A stretch of DNA of 25,903 nt from Lachnospiraceae bacterium (GCA_031285465.1 JAITWD010000087.1:1-25903), one strand, 5' to 3'; shown: positions 13,281-23,494, counted from the first letter of the stretch. Made by a program: numbers and translations. Notes: generated by a model not told the origin, from the letters alone.

Positions 13281-15320
13281 ATGAACAGCTTTATGCATCG
13301 ATTAACCCACAAGCGCATCCCGGCGGCGATTTTCGCTGTAGTGATTCTGCTTACCTCGATGGCGATCCCGAATCAAACCGCGGACGCCGCCAGCTCTCTT
13401 AATGAGCATCTTACCATCGGTTACTGGCTTGGTGGCAACGGTGGGTCCAATAAGACCCTGGCTGAAGCCGACGAAGGATGGGACGTTATCAATGTATCTT
13501 TTATCGAGACTAAGGGAACCTATTACACCCCCAATCTGAACATGGACTTAAAGGTAGTCTATCCCGGCTCCGAAGCCGATCAGATTGCTGCTTTCAAAGC
13601 GGATATCAAGGCTTTGCAGGCTAAGGGTAAGAAAATCGTCATCTCCTGCGGGGGACAGAATGGTGTCGTACACTTTGACACTCCTGCTCAACGCGATATC
13701 TTCCTTGAGGGAGTTATCGACATCGTCAGAGAGTACAATTTTGACGGATTTGACGTGGATTTCGAGGGTAGCTCCATCGCCGTTATGAATCCCGACAAGA
13801 TCGGCAATCTTATTACTCCCCAATCCATTAACCTGGAGTACATCCTGCGTGGACTTAAAGCAGAGTTCGGTGAAGACTTTATTATTTCAGCCGCTCCGGA
13901 ATACTGCTACGTTCAAGGTGGAGCCATCAGTACCGGGAACTTTGGTGCTTTCCTGCCAGTTCTTGATGCCTGCCGTGATATCCTGACCTATATCCATCCG
14001 CAGTACTACAATGGTTTCAACGGTGATTTTTCATGGCTTCAGGAATCAGCTAACGCCGGCGCATCTTTCTCACAGGTTTACTCTGCTGAAGGATATCGTC
14101 GTCTTTCCGAAATGCTCATCACCGGTTTTGTTACACAGGATAAGGGTGTTTTTGTCGGCTTAAGGCCTGATCAGGTTGCTTTCGGCGTTCCTTCCCGCGA
14201 TGGTGCTGGTAACGGCGCACAAAGTCCTGCTGTTTATGCAAAAGCTTTGCAGGATCTGATTGCCAAATATCCTACCTTCCGTGGTGTTATGACCTGGTCG
14301 ATCGGTTGGGATGAAACCGGCAACAATAGCTTTGTTGATACCCTTGATCCAATCATCGAAGCTGCCAATGGAAACAGTGGCAACACTCCTACTTACACCG
14401 ACGCACAGGCACCGACGATCACCGGACAACCGGCCGACCAATCGGTAGCAGTTGATGAAACCGCTTCACTTAATGTTATTGCCAGTGCTAATGGCAACTT
14501 AAGCTATCAGTGGTATACCGTTGCTAATAAGGTAAACTATGGCGGCACCGCTGTCAGTGGCGCAACCAGTGCAACCTTCAATGCTCCAACCAGCGTAGCC
14601 GGTACTAACTACTACTACTGTGTCGTCACCAATACCGATAACACAGCAACGGGCAACAAGACCGCCAGCAAGGCAAGTAATGCCGCCGCTGTAACGGTAA
14701 CCTCATCATCCACACCGGTAGTAGTTGATGCTCAGGCACCGGTTATCAATGTAGGACCGACCGATAAGACGGTTGCTCTGAACGCAGCTGCTAATCTTAC
14801 CGTAAGTGCTACCGTTGCCAAAGGCAACCTAAGCTTCCAGTGGTACAGTGTTAACACAAAGGTAAATTACGGTGGAACCGCCATTAACGGCGCTACTGCT
14901 GCAACCTATGTTGCACCGACCAACGAAAGCAATACCAGCTATTACTACTGTGTCATTACCAATACCGATAATACCGCTACCGGCAATCAAACGGCAAGTG
15001 TTACCAGCAATGCTGTTGCCGTAACTGTTAGCGGACCGGTAACCGGCGATACATGGGATGCTTCTAAAATCTATAACGGCGGCGAGGTTGTTATCTATCA
15101 GGGACAAACCTATATCTGTAAATGGTGGACCCAGGGCGACCTTCCTTCAGCCGGTGGTGCTTGGGAACTGCAAAGCAACAATGGCAACGGATCCAACGAA
15201 TATGTTCCGGGTGCAGCCTATTCAGGCGGTGCTGTTGTAGAATACCAGGGACAGACCTGGCGCGCAAACTGGTGGACCAATACGGCTCCCGGAAGCGACA
15301 GCTCTTGGACTCTGATATAA
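13281..15320 (+). CDS. Secreted modular GH18 chitinase (signal peptide, GH18, 2 Ig-like domains, 2 CBM5/12 chitin-binding domains), 679 aa
   Basis: Signal peptide ending A-D-A; ISCGG; catalytic FDGFDVDFE (13743-13766); GVMTWS; two DAQAP...YQWY...YYYCV.TNTD repeats from 14400 and 14727; two C-terminal modules with Y.GQT...KWWT / NWWT. Confidence 0.95.
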   Translation: MNSFMHRLTHKRIPAAIFAVVILLTSMAIPNQTADAASSLNEHLTIGYWLGGNGGSNKTLAEADEGWDVINVSFIETKGTYYTPNLNMDLKVVYPGSEADQIAAFKADIKALQAKGKKIVISCGGQNGVVHFDTPAQRDIFLEGVIDIVREYNFDGFDVDFEGSSIAVMNPDKIGNLITPQSINLEYILRGLKAEFGEDFIISAAPEYCYVQGGAISTGNFGAFLPVLDACRDILTYIHPQYYNGFNGDFSWLQESANAGASFSQVYSAEGYRRLSEMLITGFVTQDKGVFVGLRPDQVAFGVPSRDGAGNGAQSPAVYAKALQDLIAKYPTFRGVMTWSIGWDETGNNSFVDTLDPIIEAANGNSGNTPTYTDAQAPTITGQPADQSVAVDETASLNVIASANGNLSYQWYTVANKVNYGGTAVSGATSATFNAPTSVAGTNYYYCVVTNTDNTATGNKTASKASNAAAVTVTSSSTPVVVDAQAPVINVGPTDKTVALNAAANLTVSATVAKGNLSFQWYSVNTKVNYGGTAINGATAATYVAPTNESNTSYYYCVITNTDNTATGNQTASVTSNAVAVTVSGPVTGDTWDASKIYNGGEVVIYQGQTYICKWWTQGDLPSAGGAWELQSNNGNGSNEYVPGAAYSGGAVVEYQGQTWRANWWTNTAPGSDSSWTLI

Positions 15321-15398
15321 GTAGTAAACCGCTCTTTAGGTTTAAAACTGGCACTTAATAACGATATCCTTCCCTTGTAGGATGTGCCTCATATTTTT

Positions 15399-15438
15399 AA
15401 AAGTCGGTGTCAATGGTTTTCCATTGGCACCGACTTTT
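15399..15438. terminator. Bidirectional intrinsic terminator between the chitinase and glnA
   Basis: AAAAGTCGGTGTCAATGG-TTTT-CCATTGGCACCGACTTTT. Confidence 0.85.
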
Positions 15439-15439
15439 A

Positions 15440-15640
15440 TGTACACAGATGTGTATTGAAATTATTTGCCTGAACATGTATAGTCAGAAATAAATTCTGG
15501 CTATACATAGGCAAAACACATCTGGCACGGCGAGTAGTCGGAGATAAACTCCTCCTACTCGATTGTACACAGATGTGTATCGAAATTATTTGCCTGAACA
15601 TGTATAGTCAGAAGTAAATTCTGACTATACATAGGCAAAA
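15440..15640. repeat. Composite element: 77-bp direct repeats (family B, 15440-15516 and 15564-15640) flanking a family C hairpin (15531-15562)
   Basis: The two 77-mers differ at 3 positions. Each folds as TTTGCCT/AGGCAAA plus ATGTATAGTCAGAA/TTCTG(A/G)CTATACAT. Confidence 0.95.
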
Positions 15641-15672
15641 ATAAAAATAAATTCGTTCAAAGCGACCGAAAT

Positions 15673-17784
15673 CTAAATCTCATACATCAGGTCGGCATAG
15701 GTTGGCAGAGGCCACAATTCCCGATCCACCAGCATCTCCAACTCATCGGCCGGTACTCGCAATTCCTCCATTGCCACTGTCACCTGCTCTTTGTAAAAAT
15801 AAGCCTGCTCCTTACGATCGGTAATGGTAATGGCAACCCGCTCCAAATCTTCCAGATGCTCCATTGCCTTCTGCATGATCTCCAACTTATCCTGAATATT
15901 GTTAAGCAACCGTTGTTGAACCTTTGGTGACGCACCGGCATTGGTTATCTGATTGATGGTGGTCGCCAAAAAACCGGTATACTTAATAATGGCAGGGATC
16001 AACTGCTTAGCTGCCATGTCGATCATGGTTCGCGCCTCAATGTTAATGGTCTTGGCATAGGTTTCGTAGAGGATTTCCTGATTGGCAACCAATTCGGCTT
16101 TAGTATAGATGCCAAAGCGCTCAAATAACCGGACCGCCTTGTCAAAGGTCAGGGTTTCCACCGCCTCAACCATCGTAGCCAGATTGGGTAATCCACGCCT
16201 CGCCGCCTCTTTCACCCACTCTTCCGAATAACCGTTGCCATTAAAAATAATCCGCTGATGCTCACAGAAATACTGTTCGATCAAGCCATGCATCGCCGCT
16301 TCAAAATCGGGGGCCGCCTCAAGGATATCGGCTGCTTCACAGAAAGCTTCCGCCACAATCGCATTTAGCGTGGTATTGGGACTGGCAACCGAGTCAGCCG
16401 AGCCTGCCATCCGGAACTCAAATTTATTGCCGGTGAAAGCAAAGGGGGAGGTACGGTTTCGATCGGTGGCATCCTTAACCAGGTCGGGCAGGGTTGAGAC
16501 ACCGGTCATCAGCTTTCCGCCCGCTTTACAGGTCATCGCCTCACCGGTTTCCACCAACTGACGGACCACATCTTCAAGCTGCTCACCCAAAAAGACCGAG
16601 ATGATCGCCGGTGGTGCTTCGTTAGCTCCCAGACGGTGGTCATTGCCCACGTCCGAAGCACTTTGCCGAAGCAGGTCGGCATGGGTATCCACCGCCTTGA
16701 TAACACACGCCATCACCAACAAAAACTGAAAATTCTCATTGGGTGTCTCACCAGGATCAAGCAGATTGATTCCGGTGTCGGTTCCCAGTGACCAGTTATT
16801 GTGCTTACCCGATCCATTTACACCGGCAAAAGGCTTCTCATGGAGCAGACAGCGCAAATCATGCCGGACCGCAATCCGTTTCATTGTCTCCATTACGATC
16901 TGATTATGATCGACCGCAATATTGGCCGTTTCATAAATCGGTGCCAGCTCATGCTGCGCCGGAGCCGCTTCATTATGCTGGGTTTTGGCCGTTACACCCA
17001 TCTTCCACAGCTCTTCATTCAAATCCTTCATATAGGCACCCACCCGCTCCCGGATGACACCAAAATAATGATCGTCCATCTCCTGCCCTTTGGGGGCTGG
17101 TGCGCCAAATAAGGTCCGACCGGCAAAGATCAGATCGGGACGTTTCATGTACTTTTCCTTTTCCACTAAAAAATATTCCTGCTCGGCACCAACGAGTGGC
17201 ACCACCTTTGATGCCTGGTAGTTACCAAACAAACGGACAATACGCAGTGCCTGAGTACTGATCGCCTCCATCGAACGAAGTAGCGGTGTTTTTTTATCCA
17301 GTGCTTCACCGGTATAGGAACAAAAGGCCGTTGGGATACAAAGGAAAACCCCACTGGCCGCCTCCTTTAAAAAGGCCGGCGATGTGATATCCCATGCCGT
17401 ATATCCTCGCGCCTCAAAGGTTGCCCGCAACCCTCCCGACGGGAAAGAGGAGGCATCCGGCTCACCCTTGATCAACTCCTTGCCGGAGAATTCCATCAAC
17501 ATCCGCCCTTCAGCATCGGGGTGGGTCACAAAGGAGTCGTGTTTCTCCGCCGTAATGCCGGTTAGCGGTTGAAACCAATGGGTATAATGGGTCGCACCAT
17601 TTTCCATCGCCCATTCTTTCATTGCCCGTGCCACCACATCGGCCGCCGCCAATGATAACTCACCGCCAAAGTCGATGACCCTTTTTACTTCAAGAAAGAC
17701 CGCTTCCGGAAGGTAATCCTTCATCTTACCCATTGTGAAGACATTCTTAGCAAAGATTTCTTCAACATTTATGCCTGTTTTCAT
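15673..17784 (-). CDS. glnA: Glutamine synthetase type III, 703 aa
   Basis: [70 protein letters not shown] and [18 protein letters not shown] motifs; GSIII length. Confidence 0.97.
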   Translation of the reverse strand: MKTGINVEEIFAKNVFTMGKMKDYLPEAVFLEVKRVIDFGGELSLAAADVVARAMKEWAMENGATHYTHWFQPLTGITAEKHDSFVTHPDAEGRMLMEFSGKELIKGEPDASSFPSGGLRATFEARGYTAWDITSPAFLKEAASGVFLCIPTAFCSYTGEALDKKTPLLRSMEAISTQALRIVRLFGNYQASKVVPLVGAEQEYFLVEKEKYMKRPDLIFAGRTLFGAPAPKGQEMDDHYFGVIRERVGAYMKDLNEELWKMGVTAKTQHNEAAPAQHELAPIYETANIAVDHNQIVMETMKRIAVRHDLRCLLHEKPFAGVNGSGKHNNWSLGTDTGINLLDPGETPNENFQFLLVMACVIKAVDTHADLLRQSASDVGNDHRLGANEAPPAIISVFLGEQLEDVVRQLVETGEAMTCKAGGKLMTGVSTLPDLVKDATDRNRTSPFAFTGNKFEFRMAGSADSVASPNTTLNAIVAEAFCEAADILEAAPDFEAAMHGLIEQYFCEHQRIIFNGNGYSEEWVKEAARRGLPNLATMVEAVETLTFDKAVRLFERFGIYTKAELVANQEILYETYAKTINIEARTMIDMAAKQLIPAIIKYTGFLATTINQITNAGASPKVQQRLLNNIQDKLEIMQKAMEHLEDLERVAITITDRKEQAYFYKEQVTVAMEELRVPADELEMLVDRELWPLPTYADLMYEI

Positions 17785-17838
17785 TCGTTTCCTATTCCTC
17801 TTACTTTCGTAGCATTCACTTTGTAATTTAAATAACTA

Positions 17839-19080
17839 TTATTCTGACTTTTTATTTTGGTTACTCCGCAACAGATCGCCGGGTGCAGGGACCACCGATA
17901 ACTCTACGAACAGCACCTGACCGGCATGGGGCGCGGCATCGACCGCTTCTCCCGTCTCGGTGGTCAGCGAAAGTACCGTAACACCGATATTTTCTCCGGA
18001 AGGCTTCATAATTTCGATGGTATCACCGACACTGAATTTGTTCTTCTGACGGATCTTTGTCCATCCTTTTTCGTTAACCATTTCCACCGTTCCAAGATAA
18101 ACCGACTCGTTTAAATAGGTGCTGTTATCATAAATCTGATTATGCTCATCGGTTTTACCAAAGTAGAAACCGGTACTGAACGAACGATAGGTACAGCGGG
18201 CAATCTCGGTCCGATAGTGACTCCTATTGGCATGATAGGTAGCTTCCGATTGAAAAAAATCATCAATCGCCGCCCGATAGGTACGTGTTACCGAAGCGAC
18301 ATAGAGTGCCGCCTTCATCCGACCTTCGATTTTAAAACTGTCAATCCCTGCCGCGATCAACTCGGGGATATGTTCAATCATACACAGATCGCGGGAATTG
18401 AATAAATAGGTGCCACGCTCGTTTTCATATACCGGCAGATATTCACCGGGGCGCTGCTCCTCCATAACCGCATATTTCCAACGACACGGATGGGTACAAG
18501 CCCCCCGATTGGCATCACGGCCGGTAAAATAATTACTTAAAAGACAACGTCCGGAATAAGAAATACACATAGCACCATGAACAAACCCTTCTATCTCCAT
18601 ATCGGCAGGGATGGCACTGCGGATCTGAGCTATTTCATCTAACGACAATTCTCTTGCTGCCACCACCCGTCTGATCCCCTGCCCATGCCAGAAACGATAG
18701 GTCTGGTAATTAGTATTATTTGCCTGGGTGGAAATATGGATCGGTATGTCCGGGCAAATTTCCTGTGCCATCATAAACAAACCCGGATCGGCTATGATCA
18801 GACCATCCGGGTTCAATTCCTTTAATTCACTAAAATACCGGTCGACATCAGACAGGTCGTCATTATGAGCCAGAATATTGGCCGTAACATACACCTTTTT
18901 CCCGTACTCATGAGCAAAGGATATGCCCGCCTTCATTTCGTCGCTGGTGAAATTTTTCGCCTTTGCCCGAAGACTGTAGGCCTCGCCGCCAATGTATACG
19001 GCATCAGCACCAAACATCACTGCCGTTTTCAATACCTCAAGGCTTCCTGCCGGGACTAAAAGTTCAGGTTTTTTGATCAT
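17839..19080 (-). CDS. U32 family protein (YrrO/TrhP-like tRNA hydroxylation protein)
   Basis: ELLVPAG, GADAVYIGG, HGAMCISYSGRC, NRGACTHPCR, SFKIEGR; position after the O-methyltransferase matches the yrrM-yrrO synteny. Confidence 0.92.
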   Translation of the reverse strand: MIKKPELLVPAGSLEVLKTAVMFGADAVYIGGEAYSLRAKAKNFTSDEMKAGISFAHEYGKKVYVTANILAHNDDLSDVDRYFSELKELNPDGLIIADPGLFMMAQEICPDIPIHISTQANNTNYQTYRFWHGQGIRRVVAARELSLDEIAQIRSAIPADMEIEGFVHGAMCISYSGRCLLSNYFTGRDANRGACTHPCRWKYAVMEEQRPGEYLPVYENERGTYLFNSRDLCMIEHIPELIAAGIDSFKIEGRMKAALYVASVTRTYRAAIDDFFQSEATYHANRSHYRTEIARCTYRSFSTGFYFGKTDEHNQIYDNSTYLNESVYLGTVEMVNEKGWTKIRQKNKFSVGDTIEIMKPSGENIGVTVLSLTTETGEAVDAAPHAGQVLFVELSVVPAPGDLLRSNQNKKSE

Positions 19081-19107
19081 CTATTGCTCCAATAACAAAT
19101 TTTTTGT

Positions 19108-19746
19108 CTATATATTTATCTTACATGAAACCGCAACTCCGTCGGCTACCGGCAAAATGTCGGTACACAGATCGTTGCGATGTTTTAATTCATACAAATA
19201 CTCTCTCATACGTGAATGGATCGTCCGGTTACGCCGTGTCACCGCAAACCGTGATTCCAGTATCTCACCTTCCTGCAATACATTATCCGACACCAGAACA
19301 CCTCCGTCGGCAAGCAACCGTATTACCTCGGGCAAAAAACCCAGATATTGCCCTTTGGCCGCATCCATAAAAATAAAATCAAATTCGCCGGTCAGCCCTT
19401 TTAGGATCTCCAGTGCCTCGCCCTCTAATAGGCTGATCACTTTGCTTTTATCAAATTCTAAAAAATTTTCCTTCGCTGCCACGATCATCCGCTCGTCCCG
19501 CTCAATGGTCACGATCGTACAACCGTCCGGTGCATATTCCCGCATTAGTAGTGTAGAAAAACCGACAGCTGTCCCAACCTCCAATATCCGCTTGGGGCCC
19601 TTTATGGTTAGAAGCAAGTGCAACAAACTCTGCGCTTGTGTCCGAATGATCGGAACGCCATCATCATTGGCACGCTTTTCTATTTTTTCCAGATAGTCAG
19701 GCTTTCTCTGATTCATTGAGTTAATAAAAATATCTGCCCGGTCCAC
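19108..19746 (-). CDS. SAM-dependent O-methyltransferase (YrrM/TrmR-like)
   Basis: ILEVGTAVGFS, FDFIFMDAAKGQY and DNVL motifs; GTG start overlaps the upstream stop. Confidence 0.92.
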   Translation of the reverse strand: MDRADIFINSMNQRKPDYLEKIEKRANDDGVPIIRTQAQSLLHLLLTIKGPKRILEVGTAVGFSTLLMREYAPDGCTIVTIERDERMIVAAKENFLEFDKSKVISLLEGEALEILKGLTGEFDFIFMDAAKGQYLGFLPEVIRLLADGGVLVSDNVLQEGEILESRFAVTRRNRTIHSRMREYLYELKHRNDLCTDILPVADGVAVSCKINI

Positions 19747-20126
19747 TACTCCTGACCCACTTCGGTATCTGCTGACATTATTCTCATCATTTCCTCTGCC
19801 GTCATCGCCGTACTTAGGTCGTAGATCCCGGGCTTGATCATCCCATGATATTCGGACAGTAGTTCCTGAACGACGAACAGGTTAGCATCACGGATCAAAC
19901 CACGCTCCACCAACATTTCTGCCATGCCCATGACCGTATAATCTTCTGCTACCGACACGGTGATAATCCGTCCGCCCGAAACCGAAACTGGTTCCTCAGC
20001 AAAGACACGATAGCCAAAATCATATGCCGTGACCGCAGCACGATAAACAAACAGAACAATTATAATCAATGCTCCGCCCTTCAATACCGTTTCCAAAATC
20101 ATTCCTACCAAGTTTTTAGTTTTCAT
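19746..20126 (-). CDS. Short YceG/MltG-like membrane protein (N-terminal region only)
   Basis: One TM helix, then MAEMLVERGLIRDA...IKPGIYDLSTAMTAEEMM, typical of the N-terminal part of YceG; syntenic with mltG. Start placed at ATG 20126 by RBS spacing. Confidence 0.75.
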   Translation of the reverse strand: MKTKNLVGMILETVLKGGALIIIVLFVYRAAVTAYDFGYRVFAEEPVSVSGGRIITVSVAEDYTVMGMAEMLVERGLIRDANLFVVQELLSEYHGMIKPGIYDLSTAMTAEEMMRIMSADTEVGQE

Positions 20127-20152
20127 CACAACTCCATCTGCCGACAGTAACT

Positions 20153-20485
20153 TTATTGAAAATCCACCTCTCGGGCAATCATTCGGTTAATCTCCTGCAT
20201 CATTCGGCAAAAGGCCAGTTCAGCCCTTAAGAAATCACGTACTAACGGGTTATCAATAATTGGTTCATATTCTTCTTCTAACCGGTCGATCTTTTCCATC
20301 AGCCCTTCGGCCGGTTCTTCGGTCTGTAATATATAGTTTTTACGCCGATATTCATTGACCTTACCATACAACTCCTGCTCCCCCTTAATGCGATAAAGAT
20401 GCTTTACGTATTCGTTATAGGTTGACGACGCCTTTACCTTTTCGATAAGCTCACTTGTTATGTCTGTAATGGCCTTCTCCAACAT
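20153..20485 (-). CDS. YlbF/YmcA-family regulator
   Basis: Helical protein of about 110 aa with YRRKN and NPLVRDFLRAELAFCRMMQEIN. GGAGG 5 nt before ATG 20485. Confidence 0.8.
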   Translation of the reverse strand: MLEKAITDITSELIEKVKASSTYNEYVKHLYRIKGEQELYGKVNEYRRKNYILQTEEPAEGLMEKIDRLEEEYEPIIDNPLVRDFLRAELAFCRMMQEINRMIAREVDFQ

Positions 20486-20506
20486 TTCATCCTCCAAAGC
20501 TACTTT

Positions 20507-22186
20507 TTATACTTGTACTTCCATGATGATCGGTAATATCATCGGACGCCGTTTGGTCTTTTTCCAGACAAACTCACCTAAATTATCTTTGATCACATTC
20601 TTAATCTTTCCCCAGTCACTGATATTTTTATGCTCACAATAATATAGCGCATCGCCCACCGAAGCACGTGCTTCCTCCATCAACTGATCGGCCTCTTTGA
20701 CATAGACAAAACCACGTGAAACAATATCCGGTCCGGCGATTACGGTATTGCTGCGTTTATCCATCACCACAACCACTATTAAAATACCGTCCTCTGCTAA
20801 GGTATGGCGATCTCTAAGGACGACATTTCCAACGTCACCGACCCCTAAGCCATCAACAAAGATGGTTCCAACCGGCACTTTACCCACTACCTTGGCACTA
20901 TTCTCACTTAATTCCAGCACGTCACCTGAACGAAGGATAAAAATATCGTCTTTGTCAATGCCCAATTGATTGACTATCTTAGCCTGGGCTTTCAGATGCT
21001 TATACTCGCCATGCACCGGAATGGCATACTTAGGTTGAACCAATGAATATAATAACTTGATCTCTTCCTGACAGGCATGACCGGAAACATGAACATCCTG
21101 AAAGATCACGTCCGCACCCTTCATCAGTAGCTCATTGATGATATTGGTAACCGCCTTCTCATTACCAGGAATGGGATGGGAAGAAAAAATAACCGTATCC
21201 TTTGGTCCGATCGATATCTTACGATGGGAGTCGGTGGCCATCCTGCTAAGCGCCGCCATACTCTCGCCCTGACTGCCGGTAGTAATAATAACCGTTTTTT
21301 CAACGGGATAATTCTTTAACTGCTCAACCTCGATCAAGGTATTCGCCGGCATCTTAAGACAATCCAGCTTCATAGCGGTTGCAATGACATTGACCATGCT
21401 ACGGCCTTCCACCACCACCTTACGGCCGAATTTTTCCGCCGAATTAATGATCTGCTGTACCCGGTCTACGTTAGAGGCAAAGGTGGCAATGATAATCCTG
21501 GTGTTCTTATGTTCCTCAAACAGCAGGTCAAAAATACGTCCGACCGTTTGCTCCGATTGGGTAAAACCAGGACGTTCCGCGTTGGTAGAATCACACATCA
21601 TGGCAAGAACACCCTTGCGCCCTAAATCGGCAAAGCGTTGTAGATCAATCGCATCATTAAATACCGGCGTATAATCCACCTTAAAATCGCCAGTATGAAC
21701 GATTACCCCGACGGGGGTATAAATAGCCAGCGCTGCCGCATCCACAATACTGTGGTTAGTGCGGATAAACTCGATCCGAAAATTGGGAAAGGTCACAGCA
21801 TTGCCATGTTTTATCACCTTTCGCTTAGTACTGCCCAGCAAACCATGCTCTTCTAAACGATGCTCAATAATACCCATTGTCAGCTTAGTGGCATATATGG
21901 GCACATTGATCTCCTTCAAAACATAAGGCAGGGCACCGATATGATCCTCATGCCCGTGAGTGATCACGAACGCCTTAATCTTCTCTACATTCTCCCGCAG
22001 ATAGGTAATATCCGGAATAACCAGATCGATCCCGAACATATCCTCCTCCGGAAAAGAAAGTCCGCAATCAACCACAATAATACTGTCCTCGTATTCAAAG
22101 GCAGTAATGTTCATACCAATAAGTTCAAGACCACCCAGAGGGATGATCTTAAGTTTAGATCCTGTGCTTAAATCTGTTTTTTTCAA
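20507..22186 (-). CDS. rnj: Ribonuclease J
   Basis: IIPLGGL..IGMN, THGHEDHIG, HTGDFK, DSTNAE, TGSQGE, HVSGHA, PVHGE. Probable TTG start at 22186 behind GGAGG. Confidence 0.97.
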   Translation of the reverse strand: MKKTDLSTGSKLKIIPLGGLELIGMNITAFEYEDSIIVVDCGLSFPEEDMFGIDLVIPDITYLRENVEKIKAFVITHGHEDHIGALPYVLKEINVPIYATKLTMGIIEHRLEEHGLLGSTKRKVIKHGNAVTFPNFRIEFIRTNHSIVDAAALAIYTPVGVIVHTGDFKVDYTPVFNDAIDLQRFADLGRKGVLAMMCDSTNAERPGFTQSEQTVGRIFDLLFEEHKNTRIIIATFASNVDRVQQIINSAEKFGRKVVVEGRSMVNVIATAMKLDCLKMPANTLIEVEQLKNYPVEKTVIITTGSQGESMAALSRMATDSHRKISIGPKDTVIFSSHPIPGNEKAVTNIINELLMKGADVIFQDVHVSGHACQEEIKLLYSLVQPKYAIPVHGEYKHLKAQAKIVNQLGIDKDDIFILRSGDVLELSENSAKVVGKVPVGTIFVDGLGVGDVGNVVLRDRHTLAEDGILIVVVVMDKRSNTVIAGPDIVSRGFVYVKEADQLMEEARASVGDALYYCEHKNISDWGKIKNVIKDNLGEFVWKKTKRRPMILPIIMEVQV

Positions 22187-22203
22187 ATAAATAACCTCCA
22201 AAA

Positions 22204-22542
22204 TTAATAATTTCCATTTTCACCTAAAAGCGTTGTGTCGTCCAACAGGTTGCCAAATACAGCCGCAACAGCATCCAGCTCGGTCGCATCGCTAACGATT
22301 TCATATGCTACGGTTTTCGCTTCTTTGTTTGCATCCGCCTTTTTTTTCGCATCCGCATCTTTTTTTACATCTACTTCTTTTTGGGGCTCGGCATTCAATT
22401 CCTTTAAGATTAGTGCCTCCCCATCTTCCCCTTCTTCCGATTCGGTGACCAGAATATAATTATTTCCTCCTATCATCGTTTGCTCCAAAACGTAGAAAGC
22501 AACCGCTTCATCATTCTCCAACTGAAATACTATTTTTTCCAT
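22204..22542 (-). CDS. DUF1292 family protein
   Basis: Acidic protein with FYVLEQT..GG.NYILV and YEIVSD.TEL.AV..VF; usual position after ruvX. Confidence 0.85.
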   Translation of the reverse strand: MEKIVFQLENDEAVAFYVLEQTMIGGNNYILVTESEEGEDGEALILKELNAEPQKEVDVKKDADAKKKADANKEAKTVAYEIVSDATELDAVAAVFGNLLDDTTLLGENGNY

Positions 22543-22951
22543 TGTCCAAATACCCCTGTAAGATCATCACTGCCGCGATCATATCAACATAGTCCTTGCG
22601 GTGCTCCCGGCGGATCCCAGCTTCGATCATCGCCCTTTCAGCCGCAACACTAGTTAAGCGCTCGTCCCACATAACCACCGGCAGTCCGGTCCTTCTTTCT
22701 AATTTATCCTTAAATTCGAGGGTCATCTCGGCCCGCTCACCAAGGGAATTATTCATATTTTTGGGCAATCCCAGAACAATCCGGTCTACGCCAAATTCAA
22801 GGATCAAGGCTTCTATCCGTGCCAGGGTTTGCCGTTGCTTATTCTCCTCTTTTCGCCGGATGATCTCAATCCCCTGGGCAGTAATAAGCAGTGGGTCACT
22901 GATCGCCACACCCACTGTTTTTGAGCCATAATCTAAACCCATTATCCGCAT
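22511..22951 (-). CDS. ruvX: RuvX/YqgF family nuclease (pre-16S rRNA maturation)
   Basis: [42 protein letters not shown]. Confidence 0.95.
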   Translation of the reverse strand: MRIMGLDYGSKTVGVAISDPLLITAQGIEIIRRKEENKQRQTLARIEALILEFGVDRIVLGLPKNMNNSLGERAEMTLEFKDKLERRTGLPVVMWDERLTSVAAERAMIEAGIRREHRKDYVDMIAAVMILQGYLDNGKNSISVGE

Positions 22952-22952
22952 A

Positions 22953-23231
22953 CTACTTCCACCCATTATTCTTAATATACTCGATCAGCAATTCTTCCAC
23001 CAGTTCATCCCGTTCCACCTTCATGATCAGACTTCTGGCACTTTCATGGCTGGTAATGTAGGTCGGATCACCCGACATGATGTAACCGACAATCTGATTA
23101 ACCGGATTATAACCCTTTTCGGTCAATGCCTCATAAACAACCGCCAAGGTTTTTTTGACGGTAATTTCATTATCGGTTTCCACTTTGAAAAACTGGGTAT
23201 TACCCAAATCCTGAATATTCTCCGACTGCAT
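22953..23231 (-). CDS. ireB: IreB/ReoM family (UPF0297) regulatory phosphoprotein
   Basis: NTQFF and [44 protein letters not shown]. Confidence 0.95.
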   Translation of the reverse strand: MQSENIQDLGNTQFFKVETDNEITVKKTLAVVYEALTEKGYNPVNQIVGYIMSGDPTYITSHESARSLIMKVERDELVEELLIEYIKNNGWK

Positions 23232-23494
23232 GTTGCTTTTGACTCCTATCTGTCCTGTTTAAATAAATAAAACAACTCATCAACTGTAACCATATTTATA
23301 AATTTATCCATACTGCACAAAATTATAATGCATTTTTGTGTGTTATTAAGCCATTAAATGCTGTAAAAACCCTACATGGTCAAATTATATTCCCTATTTT
23401 AACCTATTTATTTTAAAAATTCAATGCCCAAAGCACTATGTAAATCAATGCTCCTCTTTTATTCCTTATACGTGACTATTAAGTACCTTCATAG

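Noticed and set aside
15440-15640. Repeat-spacer-repeat as a minimal CRISPR array
   Set aside because: The 77-bp repeats are far longer than CRISPR repeats, there are only two units, the spacer is itself a repeat-family hairpin found at 10297, and there are no cas genes.
1840-15640. Integron-like cassette array with the hairpins as attC sites
   Set aside because: No integrase, no RYYYAAC/GTTRRRY core sites recognised, the genes have their own promoters and mixed orientation, and the hairpins are not placed one per gene.
18992-19696. 234-aa + strand ORF, and the other short track ORFs overlapping called genes (e.g. 7700-8248, 2913-3290, 10954-11355, 22596-22931)
   Set aside because: Antisense or off-frame shadows of well-supported genes, with no RBS, no domain motifs and atypical composition.
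22511-22542. 32-nt overlap between ruvX and DUF1292 as a sign of frameshift or error
   Set aside because: Both proteins are complete with expected motifs; short overlaps are ordinary in this tightly coupled operon.
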